Shown: piece by piece, positions 9,974-18,785 of the stretch
Position numbering within the stretch: the first letter of the stretch is position 1
How the letters are laid out: every line of letters begins with the position of its first letter
Assembly (NCBI GenBank): GCA_039630055.1
Contig: JBCNVN010000016.1
Location: forward strand, 10,795 to 31,354
Length of the DNA: 20,560 nt
Direction: 5' to 3'
Source of the DNA: Candidatus Caldarchaeales archaeon
GTDB taxonomy: Archaea > Thermoproteota > Nitrososphaeria_A > Caldarchaeales > Wolframiiraptoraceae
Made by a program: the position numbers and the translations under genes
Notes under the pieces: model-generated
What the model saw: only the letters and a program-made list of their open reading frames with translations
Told to the model about the DNA's origin: nothing
Database searches by the model: none

Positions 9974-10579
9974 ATGCCATCGAGTTACACTAGAATCAGC
10001 AAATGGTTGGCTGGGACATCTCTCCTAGCTTCAACAGCGATAATGATCTCTTTACTCCGTCTTAGAATACCATATCCCCTACTTCCATTCTTAAGCTTCG
10101 ACTTTGCAGAGATACCAAGCGTTATAGCTCTTCTAGTTCTAGATTTCAAATCTGCTTCTACTGTAGCAATAGTTCATTGGTTGACGCTGAATCTTGGAAG
10201 ACCTTTCCACGTTATCATAGGACCATTAATGAAACTCATCGCAGTGATCTCGATGCTAGTCGGGTTTAGACTGGTAGCAGGCAAGGATGGAAGTATGACC
10301 AGAGGTAAGATTGCTATGATGACAGCACTTGGGATCTTGACTAGAGTAGGAGTAATGTCTATAGTAACATTCATGATATACTATGTTATATTTCCAGAAG
10401 TTTATCTTCCTACATCTGAGAAAATATTAAAGAATGTCTTCGGCTTAGAGATCAGTTCAGACATCATAGTAGCATCGATAATAGTAGCTTTAACCGCAAT
10501 ATTCAACCTGATCCACGTCCCTCTCTCCCTAATTCCCGCATCATCGGTCTATGTCTTGTACAAGAAGATCTTTAAATGA
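9974..10579 (+). CDS. ECF transporter S-component (RibU/PanT-like)
   Basis: About 200 aa with 5-6 TM segments and the motif PYPLLPFLSFDFAEIP. Confidence 0.75.
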   Translation: MPSSYTRISKWLAGTSLLASTAIMISLLRLRIPYPLLPFLSFDFAEIPSVIALLVLDFKSASTVAIVHWLTLNLGRPFHVIIGPLMKLIAVISMLVGFRLVAGKDGSMTRGKIAMMTALGILTRVGVMSIVTFMIYYVIFPEVYLPTSEKILKNVFGLEISSDIIVASIIVALTAIFNLIHVPLSLIPASSVYVLYKKIFK

Positions 10580-10651
10580 TTAAATGATGTCCATGTATAG
10601 AGAGCATCTTAGGATAGGCGACCGTAAGAGATTCTTCTAAATTTTGTCAGC

Positions 10652-11887
10652 CTATTTCTTTAAGATCTCTACTCCCGGTAAAGTCCTCTCAGAGATATAT
10701 GTTATTAATGCTCCTCCTCCAAGGCTTACGTATGAGAAGTCTTTGGGGCTTAGGCCGACAAGCTCAATAGCGGTTGATGAATCTCCTCCACCGATCAATG
10801 TAAATGCCTTACATCTTGAAAGTGCCTCATAGACTATCCTTGTCCCTTTTCTAAACTCTTCTCTCTCATAAGCTCCCAATGGGCCTTTAACTATTATTGC
10901 ATCCTCTCTAGAAGAGTTCAAGATTATCTCAGCATATCCTTTAGCGGTCTTTTCACCTATATCGTATATAGTTCCAGGTGCTGGAAGCTTCTCTAAATCT
11001 ATCTCTACTCTTCTTCCATCTTCTTCATATGCTAAGTCTATGGGAGTTCTTAGCTTATCTCCAACCTTTTCTTTTATCTCTACTAAGTGTTTGATGTATC
11101 CATCGAATTTCTTCTTCTTGATATATGATTCTGAAGGCTCTCCGAGTTTTCTTCCTTCAGCCATTAGGAAGAGCTGTCCAAGCACTCCACCAGAAAGAAT
11201 ATGCTTGAGATTTTCAATGTTTTTAGATATTACTGCGTCTATGACCTTTATACATTCTTCAGGTTTATTTCCACCCATAACTAGCATGACTCTTCTATCT
11301 TCTTCGAGAACGGTGGTAATCGCTCTAAGCTCCCTCTCCATTATCCTACCGGCTACGGATGGTAAGATAGGTGAGAACCCTACCACTGATGCATGAGGCC
11401 TATGTGCAACAGAGAATGCATCTAATACGAATAAGTCAGCGAGAGGTGCTAGAGTAGATACAAGCTTACCACGAGAATGTTGTTCAGGCGATGTTTCCAC
11501 AGTCTCCTCATCAAGCATCCTAACATTCTCCAATAATAGAATCTCACCATTCTTCAACGATTTAACCGCTTTGACAGCATCTTCACCGATTATATCTGGA
11601 ACGTATCTGATGGGTTTACCTACGTGTTTTGAGAGAAGCTCTGCATGGTCTTTTAATAGAAGAAAGTCTGGATCACCTTTCCTTCCTTGATGTGCTAAGA
11701 GGACCACTCTAGAATTCTTCTCTGAGAGTTCTCTAATAGTCTCTGCATGTGCTCTAAGCCTCTCATTATCTCTAATCTTCCCAGTCTCAGGGTCGATCGG
11801 CGAATTCAAGTCAACCCTCACAATCAGAGTCTTACCTGAAACATCTACATCATCTAAAGTTCTAAACCAAATATTTCTTCTAGACAA
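10652..11887 (-). CDS. pgk: Phosphoglycerate kinase (archaeal type)
   Basis: RVDLNSP, LAHQGR, LLENVR, DAFSVAHRPHAS, GGGDS, SLGGGA. Confidence 0.96.
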   Translation of the reverse strand: MSRRNIWFRTLDDVDVSGKTLIVRVDLNSPIDPETGKIRDNERLRAHAETIRELSEKNSRVVLLAHQGRKGDPDFLLLKDHAELLSKHVGKPIRYVPDIIGEDAVKAVKSLKNGEILLLENVRMLDEETVETSPEQHSRGKLVSTLAPLADLFVLDAFSVAHRPHASVVGFSPILPSVAGRIMERELRAITTVLEEDRRVMLVMGGNKPEECIKVIDAVISKNIENLKHILSGGVLGQLFLMAEGRKLGEPSESYIKKKKFDGYIKHLVEIKEKVGDKLRTPIDLAYEEDGRRVEIDLEKLPAPGTIYDIGEKTAKGYAEIILNSSREDAIIVKGPLGAYEREEFRKGTRIVYEALSRCKAFTLIGGGDSSTAIELVGLSPKDFSYVSLGGGALITYISERTLPGVEILKK

Positions 11888-12072
11888 TTTTCATCATTAA
11901 TTCATCTATTTAGAGTAGTTAATTAAGATTCAGAGGTAAAGGATCTAAGAAGAAAGAAATTTTACGGTACTTAAATAATTATGTAAAGAAGGACATATAG
12001 ATCTACTTATAGTTAGTCTTTCCGGTCTTTAAGGTAGTATTTTGAGATGTATTGTGAGAGTCGACTGTATGT

Positions 12073-13104
12073 TTAACTAGATTGTAATTTCTTGGCTATC
12101 ATACAGACGACATCAACCAGTCGACAACTATAACCATACTCATTATCATACCATCCTAGGACTTTTACTACATCGCTCTTCTCGCCAATAACCATTATAC
12201 TCAATCCATCGATTATACATGAGTGTGGATTACCTATAACATCCGCTGAGACGATCGGGTCTTCTGTATATTCTAATATATTCTTCATCCTACCCTCTGC
12301 CGCTTTCTTAAATGCTCTCTTAACCTCATCTACTGTAACTTCCCTCTCAAGGTGAACCATTAAATCTGTTACTGAACCATCGGGAACCGGGACTCTTAAG
12401 GCTATGCCATCCATCTTACCTTTCACTTCTGGAATTACGAGATGAAGTGCAGATGCTGCACCTGTAGTTGTCGGTATTATCGATAATGATGCAGCTCTAG
12501 CTCTTCTCAGATCTCTATGAACTAGATCTAGTACTCTCTGATCGTTCGTGTATGCGTGGACCGTGGTCATGAAGCCTTTCTTTATTCCAAATTCATCTAA
12601 TAGTACTTTGACCATTGGGGCTAGACAATTAGTAGTGCATGAAGCAGCAGATACCACGTCATGTTTAGATAGGTCTAGCATATGATCGTTTACTCCTGGA
12701 ACTATTGTTACATCCGCATCTTTGCATGGAGCTGTAACCAATACCTTCTTTACTGTACCTCTAATATGTTTTGAGGCATCACTCTTAGATGTAAACTGTC
12801 CCGTGGCCTCGACTACTAGTTCTACTCCATTCTCACTCCATGGTATCTGAGAAGGATCCTTTATACTGTAAGCTCTAAGCTCTTTCCCATCTATTATAAT
12901 ACTTTTATCAGTGTATGAGATCTCTCTATTTAATTTTCGATGTACTGAATCATATTTGAGAAGTAGAGCGGTTGTCTTGGTATCTGCCAGTTCGTTGAAT
13001 GCTACAACCTCGAACTCTTTCCCATATCTCGGATCATCTAGTGCAGCTCGAAGGAACAATCTACCAATCCTACCCATTCCGTTAATTCCAACCTTCAGAA
13101 CCAT
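12073..13104 (-). CDS. gap: Class I (bacterial/eukaryotic-type) glyceraldehyde-3-phosphate dehydrogenase
   Basis: GINGMGRIGR, ASCTTNCLAP, TTVHAYTNDQ, RRARAA, IIPTTTGAA, RVPVPDGS, WYDNEYGYS. Confidence 0.96.
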   Translation of the reverse strand: MVLKVGINGMGRIGRLFLRAALDDPRYGKEFEVVAFNELADTKTTALLLKYDSVHRKLNREISYTDKSIIIDGKELRAYSIKDPSQIPWSENGVELVVEATGQFTSKSDASKHIRGTVKKVLVTAPCKDADVTIVPGVNDHMLDLSKHDVVSAASCTTNCLAPMVKVLLDEFGIKKGFMTTVHAYTNDQRVLDLVHRDLRRARAASLSIIPTTTGAASALHLVIPEVKGKMDGIALRVPVPDGSVTDLMVHLEREVTVDEVKRAFKKAAEGRMKNILEYTEDPIVSADVIGNPHSCIIDGLSIMVIGEKSDVVKVLGWYDNEYGYSCRLVDVVCMIAKKLQSS

Positions 13105-13418
13105 CTCGATTTAATATCGGATGAACTAGTTTTTATGTTTTATGTATAGACAAATCTTATATACTAATAAAATCTATGGTCTAACACTCTATCCTAACAA
13201 TATCTCAATTCGAATATTAGATAGGGTTAAGGATCCATCATCCCTAGACTTGGCAGCCTCTCAGACTGATGTGAAGATATTTCTTTTAAACTTTCCTCTT
13301 CAATCTTTCTACTATTCTCTATCTTTAGAACTTAATAATGACTAAGAGATCTTTAGAAAAACTTATAGAGTAGATTAATGCATAAACTTATAATGTACAT
13401 CTTTTCTCTAAAATATGT

Positions 13419-14255
13419 ATGAGTAAGCATCGGACCAGTATAGAGTTTCCCATAGATCTATGGGAAGCATTAAAGAAGTATATCCCCGCCCGGAAGAGAA
13501 GCTCATTCATTATCGAGGCAGTAAGAGAAAGATTGATGAGAGAATCATTAAAATGTCTAATTCTATGTGGTGGTAGAGGTACAGGTCTAACACCATTAAC
13601 TTTGAGTATACCTAAACCGATGATGCCGGTAGGCTACAAGCCGATAATCGAGCATATTATCGCATACATGAAGATGCAGGGTATCTACAACTTCATCCTA
13701 GCTATAGGATATCTAGGTGAACACTTGATAAAATACTTTGGAGATGGTAGGTCTCTAGGTATAACGATCGATTACTCTATCGAGAAGACGCCTCTTGGAA
13801 CGGCCGGCGCGGTAAAGAATGCTGAGAAGAAACTTAACAATACTTTCCTAACAATTAATGGAGACATAATATTCAAAGGGTTAGATGTATCTAATCTGAT
13901 AAGATATCATAGAGAGAAGAACTCTGTTGCAACCCTCGTTTTGACTAGGGTTGAAGATGCTAGAAGATTTGGCCTAGTCTCAGTAGATGAAGAAGGAAGG
14001 GTTATAGCATTTAGAGAGAAGCCTAGACAGCAGGCTCCAGGCCTCGTCAACGCTGGAATCTACGTATTCGAGCCCTCCATCTTCAACTATATACCGTCCG
14101 ATAGACCCTCATCTCTAGAAGAAGATATCTTCCCAGAACTTGCAGACCAGAATAAACTATACGCTTATATACATAATGGATACTGGATAGATATAGGGGA
14201 TAAGCTCGATTACGAGAAGGTCTGTAAAGACTTCTTTAATGGCTTGCTGCTATAA
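13419..14255 (+). CDS. Sugar-1-phosphate nucleotidyltransferase (Man-1-P guanylyltransferase-like) with an N-terminal RHH-like domain
   Basis: ILCGGRGTGLTPLT..PKPM, EKTPLGTAGA, NGD, FREKP, NAGIY, YWIDIG; the first ~42 aa (RTSIEFPIDLWEALK...RSSFIIEAVRERL) fit a CopG/RHH pattern. Confidence 0.85.
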   Translation: MSKHRTSIEFPIDLWEALKKYIPARKRSSFIIEAVRERLMRESLKCLILCGGRGTGLTPLTLSIPKPMMPVGYKPIIEHIIAYMKMQGIYNFILAIGYLGEHLIKYFGDGRSLGITIDYSIEKTPLGTAGAVKNAEKKLNNTFLTINGDIIFKGLDVSNLIRYHREKNSVATLVLTRVEDARRFGLVSVDEEGRVIAFREKPRQQAPGLVNAGIYVFEPSIFNYIPSDRPSSLEEDIFPELADQNKLYAYIHNGYWIDIGDKLDYEKVCKDFFNGLLL

Positions 14256-14361
14256 TTCTAAAGATCTTGAACCTATAAAACCTTATATAGTTCGATAAAT
14301 CTACTCATTTTTTGGTAAATACTCAGGTTTAAGTTATCCTAAGATCCTTTTTATACCTGGC

Positions 14362-15015
14362 ATGTCTAAAGACTCGAAGATAAGAATGACTGTAGTTATA
14401 GCTGTATCAACGGTCTTCGGCGCCTTATCCTCCCTTCTAGCAATGATGCCTCTAAGCTTCTCATTCCCCCTAATACCTTACTTAAAGTTCGATATAGCAG
14501 AGATACCTGTAGTTACAGCTTTTATAGGTTTCGGCCCTATTCCAGGAGCCGTATCTGCGATAACCCTTTGGCTTATCTTAAATATTTTTGGAGAATGGAC
14601 GCCTATCGGACCCGCTATGAAATTTCTCGCCGTCATCTCTATGCTGACAGGTTTCTGGATAGGTTACAAATTATCTTCGAGGTTTAGAGTATCATATATA
14701 GTTGTATTTTTATTTGGTGGTTTGGTAAGGATTATTGCTACGACTATTGCGAATTATATACTCCTAGTAGCCTTGGCACCCTTCTTCCTAGAGTATGCTG
14801 TATCTTTTGTATCTCTAGCTCTAGGTTTAAATATTGAGGTCGGTCTAGCCGGTTTAATACTAGTTCTATTCTTCACAGCAGTATACAACATACTGCATAC
14901 ATTATTCAGCCTATTTCCATCGATACTGCTGGTTAAGAGGTTCTCTCAACAAGGATTATTCCTAAACCTTAAGGAGCCTTGGATAATGGTCTCGAAGAGA
15001 GAGAAGAAGCCTTAA
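14362..15015 (+). CDS. ECF transporter S-component (RibU/PanT-like)
   Basis: FPLIPYLKFDIAEIP motif, IGPAMK, multiple TM segments; paralog of 9974-10579. Confidence 0.78.
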   Translation: MSKDSKIRMTVVIAVSTVFGALSSLLAMMPLSFSFPLIPYLKFDIAEIPVVTAFIGFGPIPGAVSAITLWLILNIFGEWTPIGPAMKFLAVISMLTGFWIGYKLSSRFRVSYIVVFLFGGLVRIIATTIANYILLVALAPFFLEYAVSFVSLALGLNIEVGLAGLILVLFFTAVYNILHTLFSLFPSILLVKRFSQQGLFLNLKEPWIMVSKREKKP

Positions 15016-15956
15016 CCTTTCTCATAAACTATCTTCTCAACTTCTCTTAATGCTCTTTCGAATAGCTTACCACTTAAGATACCTTTATCGAGAGCCTGTT
15101 CGAGGAGTTCTTTATCAATCACCTTAGGTTCACGGTCTGGAAGAGCTACAACATCTATCTCTAAATCGAAGTAATGTATCTGGTCTGGATAGAATGCAAT
15201 AGGTGTACAGATATTGTAATATGTGCCCTTGAGAGTTCCAGAGAAATTATAGTAGCTCGTCTTAGCCCACATCTCTAATCTTCTAGCTTCTGTTACAGCA
15301 TAATCTCCTACATGCTTAGGTAAACCTAGACCATCATATACGCCGGAACCCATAATCCTTCTAAGAATCTTAACGGTTTGATCACTTCTCCATGTAACTT
15401 TTCCAGGTCCGAGAACTATCCTTCCACCATTAAGTTTCACATGTATTATCTTGATCTTTGAGCCAAGTCTAGGAGTAAGCTGTTTAACCTGTTCTTCAAA
15501 CATCTTATCCATCTCACTAGGAGATACTAATCCTCTCTCTACCAGGTCCTCCGCGAAGCTGACCATACTCGATAATGCTTCTCCTCCAGCTCTACAATAG
15601 TGATGCCATGGAACAGTATATGCTATACTAGATCTTAGCTCATCAAGCTTCTTCTTAGCATCGACTGGAAACCCTAATCTAACATGTGGGATAGGTTTAT
15701 CCCTCCGTAAAACGATCAAATCTTCAAAGAATTCCCTCATAACATCAACTATAGGCTTAACTGCTTCCTCAGAGCCTTTGACCTCTGCGAAATGCCTATC
15801 GGTTGAGTCTACTATTGTCGCATCAGGCTCAGAGGTTATGTCCTCTAATCCAAACCTCTCTACTTGGGACTTTGTAGGCTTAACTATCTTAAACCCTTTA
15901 TCTATCAATAGCTTGGCTAACGCTGTAGAGTATATCCCTCTAATCGAGACCTTCAA
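15012..15956 (-). CDS. fau-1: FAU-1-like RNA-binding protein / probable ribonuclease (DUF402)
   Basis: N-terminal IRGIYSTAL, LDELR..T..WHH, GVYDGLG, GTYYNICTP, YFDLEIDVV. Confidence 0.82.
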   Translation of the reverse strand: MKVSIRGIYSTALAKLLIDKGFKIVKPTKSQVERFGLEDITSEPDATIVDSTDRHFAEVKGSEEAVKPIVDVMREFFEDLIVLRRDKPIPHVRLGFPVDAKKKLDELRSSIAYTVPWHHYCRAGGEALSSMVSFAEDLVERGLVSPSEMDKMFEEQVKQLTPRLGSKIKIIHVKLNGGRIVLGPGKVTWRSDQTVKILRRIMGSGVYDGLGLPKHVGDYAVTEARRLEMWAKTSYYNFSGTLKGTYYNICTPIAFYPDQIHYFDLEIDVVALPDREPKVIDKELLEQALDKGILSGKLFERALREVEKIVYEKG

Positions 15957-16029
15957 CTCCTAATAAATTGTAGATAGCTCTCCTATAACCTTAATGGCTA
16001 GCTGGTTTACATATTACCACTTTAAAACA

Positions 16030-17622
16030 CTAGGAGGATGAAGACTGCCCCGTTACAGTTCTAGGTGGTTGTGGTAGTTCCTTGATCTTTTCTTTTACTC
16101 TGACCGGCCAATCATCGAACTCGAAGCCGTGTCTTGCGAGGAAGCCTGCAGCCCACCTAGTCAATCCATGACCTACACACCCAGTCCACAACTCTCTATT
16201 CTTTACTTCTTTTATCTTGAATGCTTTAACATAGAAGTCTCTATGAACTGATGCTGCCGTGATCTCCAGCCATTCTGCTCTATCTCTCGGCCCTCTATAA
16301 GGTAGATAGACTTCTACATCTAATGTAGGTATCTTCTCGGTGCTCGATATATCTATTAGACGTTTAGATGCTTCTTCAGGGGAGAGGAAGAATGGGGCTC
16401 CAGCTACAACCCTCCACTCCATATCCAATACTCTATCAACTAGTTCAACGGTTAGATCTGTCACCTTGTCTCTTATCTCGACAGTCTCTTCCGGACCTGC
16501 TAAGAATACCATCTCCATCCTCCAGAACTCGTTCGTTCTAACCAATCCCTCAACTCCTCCACCCTCGTTTCTCCAAGTCCATCCACCTAGAAGGTCGAAA
16601 GCCTTGATCGGTAACTCTTCCAACCTAACAATCTCTCCAGAGAAGTATTGATAGAATGGTGGACATTGTACGGCTTCTAGAACATATCCAGGCTCTTCTA
16701 AAATATTCTTCAGCAAGTCTCTCCTCAACTCTCTCCTCAAAGCATACTCTCTCTTGAATTCTTCAAACGCAGTGGGTTCTCTCGGTGGAGCACAGACATA
16801 GAATAACCCTTCAGGAAGATGTTCAACATATGTTGAGAGCTTCTTAAAGACTTCGAAAGGCATAAGTCTGGGGAACATCCATTCTTGGAACCCTAAAGGT
16901 TTCGCAACATATTCTATTATCAGCTCGGAGAGGGTTCTAAGTAGGGTTGTCATAGGTGCAGTAAAGATCCATTGTCCTCTACCAGGATAACGTCTAGCCC
17001 ATCCCAGCCTCTCAGCCTCTATAGATACCTCTCCACTCAATCTGAATGTTTTCTCTTCACCTCTCTTTAAGATGGTGCCGAAGGTTGCAAGCTTCTCTAC
17101 GGGACGTTCTTCAACCTCCTGCACTCGGACCAATCTTATCGTCCGGTCCACTATCCTTTCACGAATATCATGGTCGGAGAGGTTCTCGAAGACTAAGATT
17201 AGTGAATCATCTTCAGAAGATAATTTAACGACTTCTCCAAGCTTCTCTCTAGCCTTCTCTAAACCTATATGTCCTCCATGAATCTTAACGGTAAGCTTCT
17301 CTACAACTATATCTCGAACTCCAACCTTCATGGATGGTCCAATCCTCTCAGCAAGAATATTCTTGAATCTCAGAAGAGCATCATGTGCTCTAAGCTTTCC
17401 TCCAGAGATTATCTTAAGCTTCAATCTCTTACCTTCTCCACCATACCCCACTATGACCGCAGTCTGGCTTGCTTCTCCAGAGACAGTCTTCCTAAACATC
17501 TCGTTAGCTTCTCTAATCACCTCCGATATCTGAGTAGCCAAGCCACCTACATCCATCGTTAACTCGAGATATCCTTCTAGCTCAATCCTCAACTCCATGA
17601 AGCCGCCACTCAAGCTAAACAT
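16030..17622 (-). CDS. serS: Seryl-tRNA synthetase, methanogen (type 2) form
   Basis: Long non-coiled-coil N-terminal domain with RAHDALLR; PGRGQW, QCPPFY, GWTWRNEGGG, EFWRME, WTGCVGHGLTRW. Alternative start at ATG 17598. Confidence 0.9.
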   Translation of the reverse strand: MFSLSGGFMELRIELEGYLELTMDVGGLATQISEVIREANEMFRKTVSGEASQTAVIVGYGGEGKRLKLKIISGGKLRAHDALLRFKNILAERIGPSMKVGVRDIVVEKLTVKIHGGHIGLEKAREKLGEVVKLSSEDDSLILVFENLSDHDIRERIVDRTIRLVRVQEVEERPVEKLATFGTILKRGEEKTFRLSGEVSIEAERLGWARRYPGRGQWIFTAPMTTLLRTLSELIIEYVAKPLGFQEWMFPRLMPFEVFKKLSTYVEHLPEGLFYVCAPPREPTAFEEFKREYALRRELRRDLLKNILEEPGYVLEAVQCPPFYQYFSGEIVRLEELPIKAFDLLGGWTWRNEGGGVEGLVRTNEFWRMEMVFLAGPEETVEIRDKVTDLTVELVDRVLDMEWRVVAGAPFFLSPEEASKRLIDISSTEKIPTLDVEVYLPYRGPRDRAEWLEITAASVHRDFYVKAFKIKEVKNRELWTGCVGHGLTRWAAGFLARHGFEFDDWPVRVKEKIKELPQPPRTVTGQSSSS

Positions 17623-17625
17623 CCA

Positions 17626-17661
17626 TATTCAAACTTAAATAAGTATTTTAAAGTTTGAATA
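17626..17661. promoter_or_regulatory. 11-bp perfect inverted repeat over the serS promoter
   Basis: TATTCAAACTT (17626-17636) and AAGTTTGAATA (17651-17661), 14-bp spacer, overlapping a TTTAAA box. Confidence 0.6.
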
Positions 17662-17890
17662 AATAATTGTTAGATCAATCATCTTATGATGATCTATGAT
17701 AAGACTGTTTTAAGGTTCTTCATAATAGCTTGTCGAATACTGAGATCAAGATGATCTTTCAACATGTTGATGTTTATAGGCTCCTGGTAAGACTCAGATA
17801 TAGACATAAGATAGATACAGGAATCTCTAGAAGACCTCTCCAAAGTCAACCTTTTTAAACTTCTATAAATTATGTTAAGAGAGAGGGAAG

Positions 17891-18655
17891 ATGTCTTTCA
17901 GAATGAGGTTGCCTAGTGCAGACTACTTTTCAGATCTAATGAAGGCTGTGCAGGCCGTAGTTGATGAGGGGACTTTCAAGATTACAGAGGATGGTATCAG
18001 GCTGATAGCCATGGATCCCGCCCACATCTCTCTTATAGACTTCGAGCTAAGCAATTCTGCAGCTGAAGAATATGAATGCGGTGGAGAACTCCAGATGACT
18101 ATCAGTATCTCTGAGATGATGAAGTTTCTCCGGAGGATAAAGAAGGGTGAAGGTCTAACCTTGATGTATGATAACCAATCGAGAAAGCTCAGCATAATAC
18201 TTGTAGATGCAACCAGTTCTAGAGAGAGAACTTTTACTCTGAATACTCTAGAGACTGTCGAGGCGAGAAGTACAACCCCTAAATTAACCTTCGATGCAAA
18301 GGCTAGATTGAATGTAGATGCTTTAAAAGATGCTATTAGGGATAGTGATGTAGTAAGCGACTACGTAAAGATAATCCTAAACCCTAATGAGGTAATCTTT
18401 CTGGCTAGAGGTGAGCTTGGAACAGTTCAGACAAAGCTCAGCAAGATGGGTGCGGCAGTGTACGAGATAGAGGCGGATAAGGAGGTGTGGGCCAACTTCA
18501 GTATAAGCTATCTTGACAAGATCGTTAAGGCTGGAGCCGACCTCTCAGAAGAAGTAATCATAAGTTTATCGACGAACAAGCCTATAAAGCTTGGATTCCC
18601 CATACCATCTGGAAGATTAGAATACTTGATCGCTCCAAGAATAGAGAGCACATAA
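17891..18655 (+). CDS. pcn: DNA polymerase sliding clamp (PCNA)
   Basis: AMDPAHISLIDF, FSISYL, PIKLGF, C-terminal YLIAPRIE; AAACTTCTATAAA TATA-like box upstream. Confidence 0.96.
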   Translation: MSFRMRLPSADYFSDLMKAVQAVVDEGTFKITEDGIRLIAMDPAHISLIDFELSNSAAEEYECGGELQMTISISEMMKFLRRIKKGEGLTLMYDNQSRKLSIILVDATSSRERTFTLNTLETVEARSTTPKLTFDAKARLNVDALKDAIRDSDVVSDYVKIILNPNEVIFLARGELGTVQTKLSKMGAAVYEIEADKEVWANFSISYLDKIVKAGADLSEEVIISLSTNKPIKLGFPIPSGRLEYLIAPRIEST

Positions 18656-18785
18656 AAATCCTAGAATCTACATCAAACGCTAAAATATTTCAATTACTAT
18701 AATATGTAGATAAAAATTTATAAATTAGTCCATGTAAGACATGAAAAATACATAAACCCCCTAAGCATATTCTAGATACGGCTGT

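Noticed and set aside
12073-13104. Erythrose-4-phosphate dehydrogenase (Epd) assignment because of NEL
   Set aside because: HAYTNDQ, RRARAA and PTTTGAA are GAPDH-type, and the gene is adjacent to pgk.
13142-13345. 67-aa ORF between gap and the nucleotidyltransferase
   Set aside because: No motifs or RBS; lies in a divergent promoter region.
18666-18711. 8-bp IR ATCTACAT/ATGTAGAT after pcn as an element end
   Set aside because: Short and AT-rich, with no partner end or target duplication visible in the window.
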